Assembly: GCA_036269695.1 (NCBI GenBank) | Contig: DATBDY010000045.1 | Location: forward strand, 4,607 to 68,606 | DNA length: 64,000 nt | Source: Allosphingosinicella sp. | Lineage (GTDB): Bacteria; Pseudomonadota; Alphaproteobacteria; Sphingomonadales; Sphingomonadaceae | Reading direction: 5' to 3' | In this document: positions 1 to 8,676 of the stretch, piece after piece | How positions within the stretch are numbered: the first letter of the stretch is position 1 | Layout: each line of letters starts with the position of its first letter | Translations under genes and position numbers: made by a program | Notes under the pieces: generated by a model | What the model was told of the DNA's origin: nothing | The model's input: the letters and a program-made list of their open reading frames with translations, nothing else | The model's database searches: none

Positions 1-319
1 CAAATTATTGCCATCTGCCGAGTATCCGGGTCGATGTCGTGGCCAACCCACCGCGGAAGCGCGATTGCGATGAGCCAGATTGCCTTCCATGCAAGTTCGA
101 AGAGAAGCACAGGCAACATCTGAAGCGGATATCGAATTCCGAGGGCTGCCAGAAGCGCCAGGGCCGCCAACAAGCTGGAGGCATGCTGTGCGACAAAGTC
201 CAGCCGTCATGGTGGATAAGACCCGGAAATTCCGAGGATCCGACGCCGGCAAACAATATGAAGTAGCCAGCCCTCATCACATTGAGCCGGAGCGCAGAGA
301 CTTCCATCACCTTTGCCAT
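1..319 (-). pseudogene. Small membrane protein apparently split between two reading frames, or two overlapping frames. It runs off the left window edge.
   Basis: ORF 5..319 starts plausibly (MAKVMEVSALRLNVMRAGYFILFAGVG) but its second half is Cys/Trp/Arg-rich. My hand translation of another minus frame from about 206 to 1 gives a clean TM-like sequence (SLLAALALLAALGIRYPLQMLPVLLFELAWKAIWLIAIALPRW) that continues past position 1. Confidence 0.3.
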
Positions 320-366
320 AGCTTCGGCCCCCCTCCCTCGACGCAGTGAGCTACTCTGCTAATACA

Positions 367-1257
367 CTAATTCACCACCTTCGCGAGTGGAGGTGAACCG
401 GTCTTCTCCCACACGAACACGCCGTAGCGCATCGCGCCGCTCCGCAACGCCCAGAGCAGGCGCGGCAGGCTGAGAAGGAACAGGCGGTTGCGCGTCGTCT
501 GGCTCAGGACCAGCCGGCGCAGATCGCGGTCGGTGAATAGGCGCGCCAAGGTGCGCCGCAGGCAGATCGCCCAGGTGCGGTGCACGTTGCGGCTGATGTC
601 GTCGTAGCGGCACAGGGTGAAGCCCGCCTCTGCCGCCATCGCTTCGTATTCGCTGCGGCTGCCCATCGACGGCAGCCGGCCCTCGTGGCAGATCGGCTCG
701 AGCAGGTGGCGCACCTCCCACGCGGTCGGCTGCTCCGTCGCGAGCCAGGCGCAGACGACGAAACGTCCGCCCGGCCGCAGCACCCGCGCGGCTTCCGCGA
801 AGAAGTGCGGCTTGTCGACCATGTGCTCGGAGCTTTCGATCGCATAAGCGCGGTCGAAGCCTGCGTCGGGCAGCCCATTGGCGAGCCAGTCGCGGCAGAA
901 GATGGTGAGGCCCGGCACCCGCTCGGCCCGCGCTCGGGCGATCGCCGCCTGGGCTTCGGATATGGTGAAGCCCGTCACCTTCGCCTGCCGGTGCTCGGCC
1001 AGCCAACCGGCGGTCGCGCCATAGCCGCAGCCGATGTCGCAGAGGTCCTGCCCCGGCGCGACCTCCAGCCGCTCGGCGACGAGCCGCACCAGCGCCTCGG
1101 CCGCTTCGGCGGGGCTCTCGCGGCCGCTCAGCCAATAGCCGTGGTGGACGTGCTCGCCCCAGATGTCGCGATAGGCGCGGTCGAGCTCGTCATAATGGCC
1201 GCTGACGTCGCGCGCGGTCTGGGGCTCGTTGGGTAAGATCATGTGCCGGCCGAGCAT
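367..1257 (-). CDS. class I SAM-dependent methyltransferase
   Basis: 296-aa ORF with SAM-binding motif DIGCGYGATAG and a downstream RPGGRFVV motif. The frame is GC3-rich. Confidence 0.85.
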   Translation of the reverse strand: MLGRHMILPNEPQTARDVSGHYDELDRAYRDIWGEHVHHGYWLSGRESPAEAAEALVRLVAERLEVAPGQDLCDIGCGYGATAGWLAEHRQAKVTGFTISEAQAAIARARAERVPGLTIFCRDWLANGLPDAGFDRAYAIESSEHMVDKPHFFAEAARVLRPGGRFVVCAWLATEQPTAWEVRHLLEPICHEGRLPSMGSRSEYEAMAAEAGFTLCRYDDISRNVHRTWAICLRRTLARLFTDRDLRRLVLSQTTRNRLFLLSLPRLLWALRSGAMRYGVFVWEKTGSPPLAKVVN

Positions 1258-1325
1258 GGGGCGTGCACGAAAGCGGTCAACGCGTCCACTTCCGCGCCTT
1301 CCGTTGAACGCCTAACGCTGCCGCC

Positions 1326-2087
1326 ATGTCGGAAGACCTCCCGCCGCCGATTCCCGCCGCCACTTTGATCCTGATGCGGCCGGCGGGTTCCCGGCCGCCA
1401 GAGATTTTGATGATGGAGCGGGCGTCGACCATGACCTTCGCGGCCGGCGCCCTCGTGTTCCCCGGCGGCCGGATCGATCCGGATGACCATGCGACCGCGG
1501 CCGCGGTGGCGCCGGACGTGCCCGACCGCGCGGCTCGCGTCGCCGCAATCCGGGAGACGATCGAGGAGACCGGCATCGCACCGGCGCTCACACCCGTCCC
1601 CGATGCGGAGCAAGCGGCGGCGTTGCGGGCAGGCATTGGCGCAGGCCGCCCGTTTGCGGAGCTGCTCGCCGAGGCTGGGCTGTCGCTGGAGCTTGGCGCC
1701 CTGACGCCCTTCGCCCGCTGGTGCCCTAACTTTCGCGAGACGCGACGCTTCGATGCGCTTTTCTATCTCGCCGAAGCGCCTCGGGGCATGGGCGACGCAA
1801 CGGCGGATAAGGCCGAAGCGGTGCGCACCTTCTGGGCCAGCGCCGCCGACGTGCTTGCCGAGATCGAAGCCGGCCGCGCCCGCGCCATCTTCCCGACCCG
1901 CCGCAACCTCGAACGGCTGGCACGCTTCGGCTCGTTCGAGGAAGCCCGAGCGGACGCCGAACGCCATTCGGTTCAGCAGATCACGCCGTGGATCGAGGAG
2001 CGGGAGGGCCGGCGCTGGCTCTGCATCCCGGAGGGCATCGGCTATCCCGTCACGTCCGAGCCGCTCGAGACGGCGATGCGCCGCTAG
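1326..2087 (+). CDS. NUDIX hydrolase
   Basis: 253-aa ORF with a Nudix-box-like segment (FPGGRIDPDD ... AAIRETIEETG). Confidence 0.8.
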   Translation: MSEDLPPPIPAATLILMRPAGSRPPEILMMERASTMTFAAGALVFPGGRIDPDDHATAAAVAPDVPDRAARVAAIRETIEETGIAPALTPVPDAEQAAALRAGIGAGRPFAELLAEAGLSLELGALTPFARWCPNFRETRRFDALFYLAEAPRGMGDATADKAEAVRTFWASAADVLAEIEAGRARAIFPTRRNLERLARFGSFEEARADAERHSVQQITPWIEEREGRRWLCIPEGIGYPVTSEPLETAMRR

Positions 2088-2094
2088 CCAGCCG

Positions 2095-2832
2095 ATGCGC
2101 CGCCGCGCCTCGCCCCTCTTCCGCTGGGTCCGGCGGCTCGTCGTGCTCGCGCTGCTGGCCTTCCTCGCCTTGCTCGGCTGGGGCTATGGACGCGACCATC
2201 CCGAGGACGTGCCGTGGACCCCGTTGAATCTCAGCCAGCCGGTCGGTCTCTTCACCGGCCGCAAGCTCGCCGCCACCCACGGCAGCGCCTGCCGCACGCT
2301 GCTGGCCGACGGCGGCATCAGCTTCACGCCGATGCCGCCGCAGCGCGACGGCCAGGAATGCGGCATGGACGACGCCGTCCGCCTCCTGCCCGACGGCGCG
2401 GCCGATATCGCCTTCCATCCCGCCGGGCTCGGCATGAGCTGCCGCCTCGCCGCCGGGCTCGCTCTGTGGGAATGGCATGTCGTCCAGCCCGCCGCCCTCG
2501 CCCGGTTCGGCAAGCGGGTCGTCGAGATCGACCATTTCGGCAGCTACAATTGCCGCCGCATGTACGGCCGCGCGAGCGAGCCGTGGAGCGAACATGCCCG
2601 CGCCAACGCGCTCGACGTCGCCGGCTTCCGGCTGGAGGACGGGCGGCGGATCAGCGTCGCCGCCGACTGGACCGACAAAGGCGCGAAGGGCCGCTTCCTC
2701 CACCAGGTGCGCGACGGCGGCTGCCGATTGTTCGCGACCGTCCTCTCGCCCGATTACAATGCGGCGCACCACGACCATCTCCACCTCGACGAAGCCGGCC
2801 GCGGCGCCTGGGGCTGGCGCGCCTGCCGCTGA
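2095..2832 (+). CDS. extensin-like C-terminal domain protein (membrane anchored)
   Basis: In-frame ATG at 2095 within ORF 1753..2832; the upstream part overlaps the NUDIX gene. N-terminal TM (LVVLALLAFLALLGW) and C-terminal HHDHLHLD motif are typical of this alphaproteobacterial family. Confidence 0.75.
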   Translation: MRRRASPLFRWVRRLVVLALLAFLALLGWGYGRDHPEDVPWTPLNLSQPVGLFTGRKLAATHGSACRTLLADGGISFTPMPPQRDGQECGMDDAVRLLPDGAADIAFHPAGLGMSCRLAAGLALWEWHVVQPAALARFGKRVVEIDHFGSYNCRRMYGRASEPWSEHARANALDVAGFRLEDGRRISVAADWTDKGAKGRFLHQVRDGGCRLFATVLSPDYNAAHHDHLHLDEAGRGAWGWRACR

Positions 2833-2912
2833 GCGGGCGCGGCATTGAGCGACTCATTCCGCGGGCGTAAGCTGGCCGCGTTCCACGCTCGAACATCAGG
2901 GGGAGAAACGTC

Positions 2913-3485
2913 ATGATCCGCACTGCCCGAATTGCGTTCGTCGCGGCCGCCGCCGGCGCCGCCACGATGAGTTTCCTTGTTGCGCAAAATGCCCAGGCCG
3001 CGCCCAAAATGACCGACGCGCAGCTCATCGCCAATGCGGCATCCGCCGCGCCCGCTTCCATTGGCCACAATGCGACGGTGATCGCCACCGACGGCGCCGG
3101 ACGGATGCGCCCGCTCCGCCGCGGCACCAACGGCTGGACCTGCATGCCGGACGATCCGAACACGCCCGCCAACGATCCGATGTGCGTCGACAGCAACGGC
3201 ATGCTCTGGGCGCAAGCGTGGATGGGCCACAAGGTACCCCCGGCCGACAAGCCGGGGCTCGCCTACATGCTGACCGGCGCCGCCGACGCCAGCAACACCG
3301 ATCCCTATGCGACCAAGCCGGCGCGCGGCGCCTCCTGGGTCCGCACCGGGCCGCACATCATGATCCTCGACCGCAATGCGGCCGCCTCATCCGGCTATCC
3401 GGGCGGGCCCAGTCCGGACACGAGCAAGCCCTATGTGATGTTTGCCGGCACGCCCTATGCGCACATCATGATGCCCGTGCGCTGA
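2913..3485 (+). CDS. secreted hypothetical protein
   Basis: 190-aa ORF with a signal-peptide-like N-terminus (AAAAGAATMSFLVAQNAQA-AP). SD-like GGGGGAGA lies upstream. No recognisable domain. Confidence 0.6.
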   Translation: MIRTARIAFVAAAAGAATMSFLVAQNAQAAPKMTDAQLIANAASAAPASIGHNATVIATDGAGRMRPLRRGTNGWTCMPDDPNTPANDPMCVDSNGMLWAQAWMGHKVPPADKPGLAYMLTGAADASNTDPYATKPARGASWVRTGPHIMILDRNAAASSGYPGGPSPDTSKPYVMFAGTPYAHIMMPVR

Positions 3486-3510
3486 GCTGAGCCTCGCGCC
3501 CAAAGCAATT

Positions 3511-3548
3511 CGGCCTCGCTCCAGGGAGGAGCGAGGCCGAACCGTTTT
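3511..3548. terminator. Rho-independent terminator between convergent genes
   Basis: Perfect 12-bp stem CGGCCTCGCTCC / GGAGCGAGGCCG with a 5-nt loop, followed by a TTTT run. It lies between the 3' ends of 2913..3485 (+) and 3583..3852 (-). Confidence 0.6.
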
Positions 3549-3582
3549 ATAGCCTTGCGCCGGCGGAACCGGCGGCGACCGC

Positions 3583-3852
3583 CTATTTCAGGTGGTTCGA
3601 CAGGTGCTTGTTCATCTCGAACATCGACACCTTGTCCTTGCCGCCGAAAACCTTCTTCAGCTTGTCGTCGGCCAGGATCTCCCGCTTGTTCTGCGGGTTC
3701 TGGAGATTGTTCTTGCGGATGTGGTCCCAAATCTTGCTGACCACCTCGCTGCGCGGCAGCGGGTTCGCGCCCGTGATCGCGGCGAGATCCGCCGACGGGG
3801 TCACCGGACGCGCGAGACCGCCACGAGCGCCGCCTGAACTTCCTTTAGCCAT
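3583..3852 (-). CDS. SWIB/MDM2 domain-containing protein
   Basis: Start taken at internal ATG (MAKGSSGG). The sequence VTPSADLAAITGANPLPRSEVVSKIWDHIRKNNLQNP...KDKVSMFEMNKHL matches the SWIB pattern. Confidence 0.85.
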   Translation of the reverse strand: MAKGSSGGARGGLARPVTPSADLAAITGANPLPRSEVVSKIWDHIRKNNLQNPQNKREILADDKLKKVFGGKDKVSMFEMNKHLSNHLK

Positions 3853-4067
3853 AATTCCCTCCCTGTAGAGCCTCTCTGATAAGCCTGAAACGCACGGCGA
3901 GCGCAAGAGCGCAAGAGAGAGAAATCGTCCGAACTGAGCCTCCGGGCGGTCTGGCGCGAATAATGATGTGGATTAATGGCCGGAACCGCGTCCCGGCGGG
4001 TGCGCGACGGCCGCCGGAAGACGCGGTTTTCACTCGAACGGCGAGACCGCGCGTGCCGAGTCGCGCC

Positions 4068-4883
4068 TCAACGCGCTCCGAACGGCACCACCTTGTTGTC
4101 CGCATCGTGGCCGATGTCGGCACGGCCGAGATAGGGGATGCCCGCGCGTTCGCACCAGAAGCGGAACACCTCCTCTTCCGTCTCGCCGAAATCGGGGTCG
4201 TTCTCCGGCACGTCGGTGCAGCGGCCGAGGCGGATGCCGGCGAGGCGCCGCAATGCAGGCTGGCCGGTGATGTGGAACATCGCCCGGTCGGTCCGGTACA
4301 TATGCTCGGAGACGTCCTCGAGCAGCAATTCGTGCCCGGCGAGATCCGGCTCCAGCGGCGTGCCGAGCAGATGGCCGAAGACGGTGACGTTGAACGCCAC
4401 CGTCGGCGCGCTGCCGAGGCAGGGTTCGAGCGCCTCCTGTGAACGCGCGGTCAGCCAAGCAAGCGCGCGCCGCACCGCCGCTTCGCCGCCTTCCCGGCGG
4501 ATGTCGTTCGCCATCGGCCCATGGGCGAGCTGCGGGAAACCGGCGCGATAGAGGCCGGCGAGCAGGAAGCCGGCGTCGCTATAGCCGAGCCAGCTCTTCT
4601 CCCGCGCCGCCGGACCGAGCCGCGCCAGCACAGCTTCGGCGATCCGGTTTGAGCCATAGCCGCCACGTGCGAACCAGACCGCGTCGAAGGCGGGATCGTT
4701 GGCCACCTCCACCAGCGCGTCGGCACGCGCCTTGTCGTCGCCCGCGAAATGCTTGTGGGCGAAGAAGCATTGCGGGTGGAAGAAAAGCTCGGCGCCCGGG
4801 CAGGCTTCGGCGGCGATTGCCGTTACCCGCTCTGCTGTCTCGGCAAGGATGGGCGTGCTCGGCGCCACGATCGCAATCCGCAT
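4068..4883 (-). CDS. ldcA: LD-carboxypeptidase (peptidase S66, muramoyl-tetrapeptide carboxypeptidase)
   Basis: Start taken at MRIAIVAPS. Ser-Glu-His pattern is present: LGYSDAGFLL, LLEDVSEHMYRTDR, ADIGHD. Confidence 0.8.
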   Translation of the reverse strand: MRIAIVAPSTPILAETAERVTAIAAEACPGAELFFHPQCFFAHKHFAGDDKARADALVEVANDPAFDAVWFARGGYGSNRIAEAVLARLGPAAREKSWLGYSDAGFLLAGLYRAGFPQLAHGPMANDIRREGGEAAVRRALAWLTARSQEALEPCLGSAPTVAFNVTVFGHLLGTPLEPDLAGHELLLEDVSEHMYRTDRAMFHITGQPALRRLAGIRLGRCTDVPENDPDFGETEEEVFRFWCERAGIPYLGRADIGHDADNKVVPFGAR

Positions 4884-4932
4884 GCCGCTCCCGCCGTTTG
4901 AAAAGCTTGCCTGTTCCCAATAGGGCGGCGCC

Positions 4933-6339
4933 ATGGCCGACACCAAATCCTATTTCTTCTGCGGCATCGGCGGCAGCGGCATGCTGCCCCTCGCCTGCAT
5001 CGTCCGCGCGCAGGGGGCGGAGGTCGCCGGCTCCGACCGCTCGCTCGACCAGGGCCGGATCGGCGACAAGTTCGCCTTCCTCGAGCGGCAGGGCATCGCC
5101 CTCTTCCCGCAGGACGGCAGCGGCCTGACCAGCCCCGAGCAGGTGCTCGTGGCGTCGGCTGCGGTGGAAGAAACGGTGCCCGACGTCGAGGCCGCCCGCC
5201 GGCTCGGCGTCGAGCGGATCACGCGCGCCGAGCTGCTCGCCCGCCTGTTCAATGAAGCCAAGCTGTCGGTCGGCGTCGCCGGCACCAGCGGCAAGTCGAC
5301 GGTGACCGGCATGATCGCCTGGATCCTCCATCAGGCGGGCCGAGACCCGACCGTCATGAACGGCGCGGTGATGAAGAATTTCGTCACGCCCGACGCGCCC
5401 TTCGCCAGCGCGCTCGCCGGCCGCGGCGACGTGTTCGTCAGCGAGGTGGACGAAAGCGACGGCTCGATCGCGCTCTACCGGCCGATCGTCGCGGTGCTCA
5501 ACAATATCAGCCTCGACCACAAGACCCTGGAGGAGCTGCGCGGCCTGTTCCGCGACTTCGCGCTCAAGGCGGAGAAGGTGGTCGTCAATCTCGACGATCC
5601 GGAGACGCGCGAGCTCGCCGCCGGCCTCCCCCCGGAACGCCTCGTCGCCTTCTCCTTCGCCGGCCGCGAGGCGCGGCTCACCAGTCCCGGTATCGAAGAG
5701 CAAGCCGGTGCGACGCACTTCGACGTGACCGACCGCGAGACCGGCGAAACGCACCACGCCACGGTGAACCTCTGGGGCGCGCACAACGCACGCAACGGCG
5801 TGGCGGCGCTGGCCGCCGCGGTGGCCGCCGGAATTTCGCTGGGCGATGCGGTGGCAGCGCTCGTCGACTTCAAGGGGTTGCGCCGGCGTTTCGAACTGGT
5901 CGGGGAGCGGCATGGCGTCGCGGTGATCGACGATTTCGGGCACAATCCGGACAAGATCGCCGCCACGTTGCGTGCGGCAAAAAGCGGACTTCAGGGCCGC
6001 CTGCTCATCTTCTTCCAGCCGCACGGCTTCGGGCCGCTGAAGCTGATGAAGGATCCCCTCATCGCCACCTTCGGGGAAGGCATGGGAGCGGACGATGTCC
6101 TGATCCTCTCCGACCCGGTCTATTTTGGCGGTACGGCCGATCGCAGCGTCGGCAGCGATGCCATCATCGCCGGCGTCCGCGCCGCCGGCCGGCAGGCGGA
6201 GCATATCCCCGATCGCGCCGACAGCGGCCGCCGCCTCGCCGCGCTCGCCCGCCCCGGCGACCGCATCCTCATCATGGGCGCGCGGGACGACACGCTCAGT
6301 CGCTTCGCCGAAGAGGTGCTGGAGGATCTGTCGGGTTGA
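4933..6339 (+). CDS. Mur ligase family protein (MurC/Mpl-like, candidate murein peptide ligase)
   Basis: N-terminal GIGGSGM Rossmann, P-loop GVAGTSGKST, and C-terminal DDFGHNP. It is divergent from ldcA, a common recycling pair. Confidence 0.8.
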   Translation: MADTKSYFFCGIGGSGMLPLACIVRAQGAEVAGSDRSLDQGRIGDKFAFLERQGIALFPQDGSGLTSPEQVLVASAAVEETVPDVEAARRLGVERITRAELLARLFNEAKLSVGVAGTSGKSTVTGMIAWILHQAGRDPTVMNGAVMKNFVTPDAPFASALAGRGDVFVSEVDESDGSIALYRPIVAVLNNISLDHKTLEELRGLFRDFALKAEKVVVNLDDPETRELAAGLPPERLVAFSFAGREARLTSPGIEEQAGATHFDVTDRETGETHHATVNLWGAHNARNGVAALAAAVAAGISLGDAVAALVDFKGLRRRFELVGERHGVAVIDDFGHNPDKIAATLRAAKSGLQGRLLIFFQPHGFGPLKLMKDPLIATFGEGMGADDVLILSDPVYFGGTADRSVGSDAIIAGVRAAGRQAEHIPDRADSGRRLAALARPGDRILIMGARDDTLSRFAEEVLEDLSG

Positions 6340-6347
6340 AGCCGTTA

Positions 6348-6414
6348 TTCCCCGGCGAAAGCCGGGGTCCAGTTCAAAAACCGGTGCCGCTGGGCCCCGG
6401 CTTTCGCCGGGGAA
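6348..6414. repeat. dispersed palindromic repeat, family A (REP-like)
   Basis: Inverted arms TTCCCCGGCGAAAGCCGGGGTCCAG / CTGGGCCCCGGCTTTCGCCGGGGAA around a short spacer. Related copies occur at 5 other loci in this window. Confidence 0.7.
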
Positions 6415-6428
6415 CATTAAATGTCGCG

Positions 6429-6974
6429 TCAGCCGGCGATCGTGACGTCGACCTTGTCCACCCATTCCGGGAAGAAAGCCGGCTCGCGGTTCGACCAGCC
6501 GGGCGCCGTCGCCGCCGCCTCGCTGATCGACTGCAACAGGGCCCGGCGCTTCTCCGGGTGGAGGTGCGGCAGAGCGGCGGCGGCGCAGAAGGCGCCGGGC
6601 AGCCACGGCCGCACCGAGGCGCCGATCAGCCGCTCGTAGAGGAAACGATAGGCCGCGAAATCGGGAAGCCGGTCTTGGCCGAGATCGAACGCGGTCATCG
6701 TGATCAGCGGCCCCATCAGGGGCTCCATCTCGTCGAGCCCGCTGTCGTCGGGCACGTTGGCGCGGATATGGTCGAGGCGGCGGTAGATGCGCTCCTGCGC
6801 CCGAATCGAGGCGGCCTCGCCGGCGTCGCGGGACCAGCGGCGCATCGCGTCGCGGCGGCCGAGACCGATGTCGAGCGCCCGGCGAATATAGCGCTGGGTC
6901 GCGGCCGAGAAGCTCGCGAACTCCTTCATCTCAACCAGCGTCAGCGCTCCATCCGCCGGCTTGGTATTCGTCGC
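6429..6974 (-). CDS. hypothetical protein
   Basis: GC3-rich ORF with start taken at MATNTKP. No recognisable motif. Confidence 0.5.
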   Translation of the reverse strand, partial: ATNTKPADGALTLVEMKEFASFSAATQRYIRRALDIGLGRRDAMRRWSRDAGEAASIRAQERIYRRLDHIRANVPDDSGLDEMEPLMGPLITMTAFDLGQDRLPDFAAYRFLYERLIGASVRPWLPGAFCAAAALPHLHPEKRRALLQSISEAAATAPGWSNREPAFFPEWVDKVDVTIAG

Positions 6975-7290
6975 CATCTGCCCAACTCCCACTCTCAACC
7001 CCAGCGGAGATATTGCGCCTCAATGACTTACAAAGCGCTTAACCAGTTCTCCGCCCCCCGTTCAGGAATGAATCAGAGAACGACTGCACCTGCAATGGGT
7101 TAAACGGGAAGCGGCCAAGGCAGGTGCCGCACTGTCACCCAATCGCCACAGCCAGCGGCCCAAAGACCCCGATAATCAGGGACTTCCTTGCGGTCCGGCG
7201 GCTTTTCCACAGAAAAAGCGAATGCGGGCTTGATCGGTGCCGGAAGTCCCGCCGCGGCGGATTCGCCGGCACCTGGAGGATCTGCGAAAA

Positions 7291-8670
7291 ATGCAAAGAG
7301 TGAGCTCGACGGGCGCGGCGACTTTTTGGGTCGCGCGGGCTTTGCTCTTCCTGCTGATCTTCTCGCTCGGCTTTCCGCGGGTGGGGCTCGCGTCGGTCCA
7401 GCATTTCCTGCCGGGCAATTATTTCGGGGTAATGGCGACGGACGCCCTCTTCCTTCTGGCGGCGGGCGCGGCGGGTCTCGCGTGGCTGACCGGCGCGCTT
7501 CGCCCGCGATGGCATCCCTTCTTCTGGCTGTTGCTCTTCTATTTCGCGGCCATGGCGCTTTCGACAATCTTCTCGGAACAGCCGCGGCACAGCCTCGTGA
7601 AACTCGCGGGCGAAACCTATTTGCTGGCGCTTCCAGTGCTCGCCTATCAGCTGCTCGATGGTGTCGCCGACCTGCGCAGGGCGGTCGCGGCGTGGCTGGC
7701 GGCGACGGCTTTGGTCGTGCTGACCGGCCTCGTCGCCTTCGTCCTGTTCTATACCGACCGCACGAGCCCGCTGCTCCAGGGCCTGCTTTATTATAACGGC
7801 TCCTTGCCTCCCGGCCATTATCCGCGATTCCAGCTCACTTTCTTCAACGCCAACCTGCTTTGCAACTATCTCTCCGTCGGAATCATGCTGTTGCTGGCGG
7901 CGGAGCGGACGGAGATGATCTCGCGGCCCTGGGCCCGAGCCTGCCTGGCGCTGCTGCTCGGTTGCACGCTCTTCACCGTCTCGCCGGGCCTCGGCGGTGT
8001 CGGCCTCTGCCTCGGTCTCTGGGGGTGGATCCTGTGGCGCGGCGCCGCGCCCGCGCTGGCACGGACGGCGCTCGCCGGTGGAATCGCTTCGGCGGTGCTG
8101 TTCGTCCTCGCGACGCTCGTCGCATTTCAGTTCCACGCGACCGCGCCGTTCGCCATTCACCTGTTCGGCCACGTGTTCGCGCCGGGGCCGCGCGTGATGA
8201 CCTGGATGGGCTCGTGGCGCACATTCCTCGATCATCCGCTGTTCGGCCGCGGCGTCGGGCTCGACGCCTGCCTGGTCTGGTACCAGCCGCCGGCCGCTCC
8301 GCTGGGTGTGCTTCGCGATGCCCATAATGTGTTCCTCAGCGTGACCGCCCAGGAGGGCATTTTCGGCCTCGCCGCCATCCTCGCCATCCTCGCCTTCATC
8401 GCCCGCCGCACGGCGCCACTCAGGCTCGACGGCGATGCCGCGGTGTTTCGCGTCGCCACCGGCCTCGCGCTCCTCGGCGCCCTCGCCTACCAGGGGCTGT
8501 CCGGCTCGTTCGAGGATTCGCGTTTCCTCTGGCTGCTGATGGGTTTGTTCCTGATCGCATTGCGCGCCGGCGAAACCGGACCTGTGCCGACCGCATCCTT
8601 TTCGACGAACGGCCGCAACAATTCTGCAAACGACGGGCAGGATGCGGGACCCGAAAGCGGGAGCGGGTAA
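7291..8670 (+). CDS. O-antigen ligase (Wzy_C) family membrane protein
   Basis: Many TM segments and a periplasmic-loop pattern (LFGRGVGLDA ... DAHNVFLSVTAQEGIFG). ATG 7291 preferred over upstream GTG 7237. Confidence 0.7.
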   Translation: MQRVSSTGAATFWVARALLFLLIFSLGFPRVGLASVQHFLPGNYFGVMATDALFLLAAGAAGLAWLTGALRPRWHPFFWLLLFYFAAMALSTIFSEQPRHSLVKLAGETYLLALPVLAYQLLDGVADLRRAVAAWLAATALVVLTGLVAFVLFYTDRTSPLLQGLLYYNGSLPPGHYPRFQLTFFNANLLCNYLSVGIMLLLAAERTEMISRPWARACLALLLGCTLFTVSPGLGGVGLCLGLWGWILWRGAAPALARTALAGGIASAVLFVLATLVAFQFHATAPFAIHLFGHVFAPGPRVMTWMGSWRTFLDHPLFGRGVGLDACLVWYQPPAAPLGVLRDAHNVFLSVTAQEGIFGLAAILAILAFIARRTAPLRLDGDAAVFRVATGLALLGALAYQGLSGSFEDSRFLWLLMGLFLIALRAGETGPVPTASFSTNGRNNSANDGQDAGPESGSG

Positions 8671-8676
8671 GAAGGC

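Noticed and set aside
4579-6606. 675-aa ORF on the minus strand spanning the whole Mur-ligase gene.
   Set aside because: It is an Arg/Gly/Ala-rich low-complexity translation with no motif, exactly antisense to a well-supported gene. This is a typical high-GC shadow ORF. The same reasoning applies to 7135..8838 (-), 8953..10146 (-), 13828..15462 (+), 39791..41821 (-), 40093..41772 (+), 42867..44657 (+, except its last 324 nt), 49041..50999 (+), 51870..54038 (-) and 61652..63496 (+).
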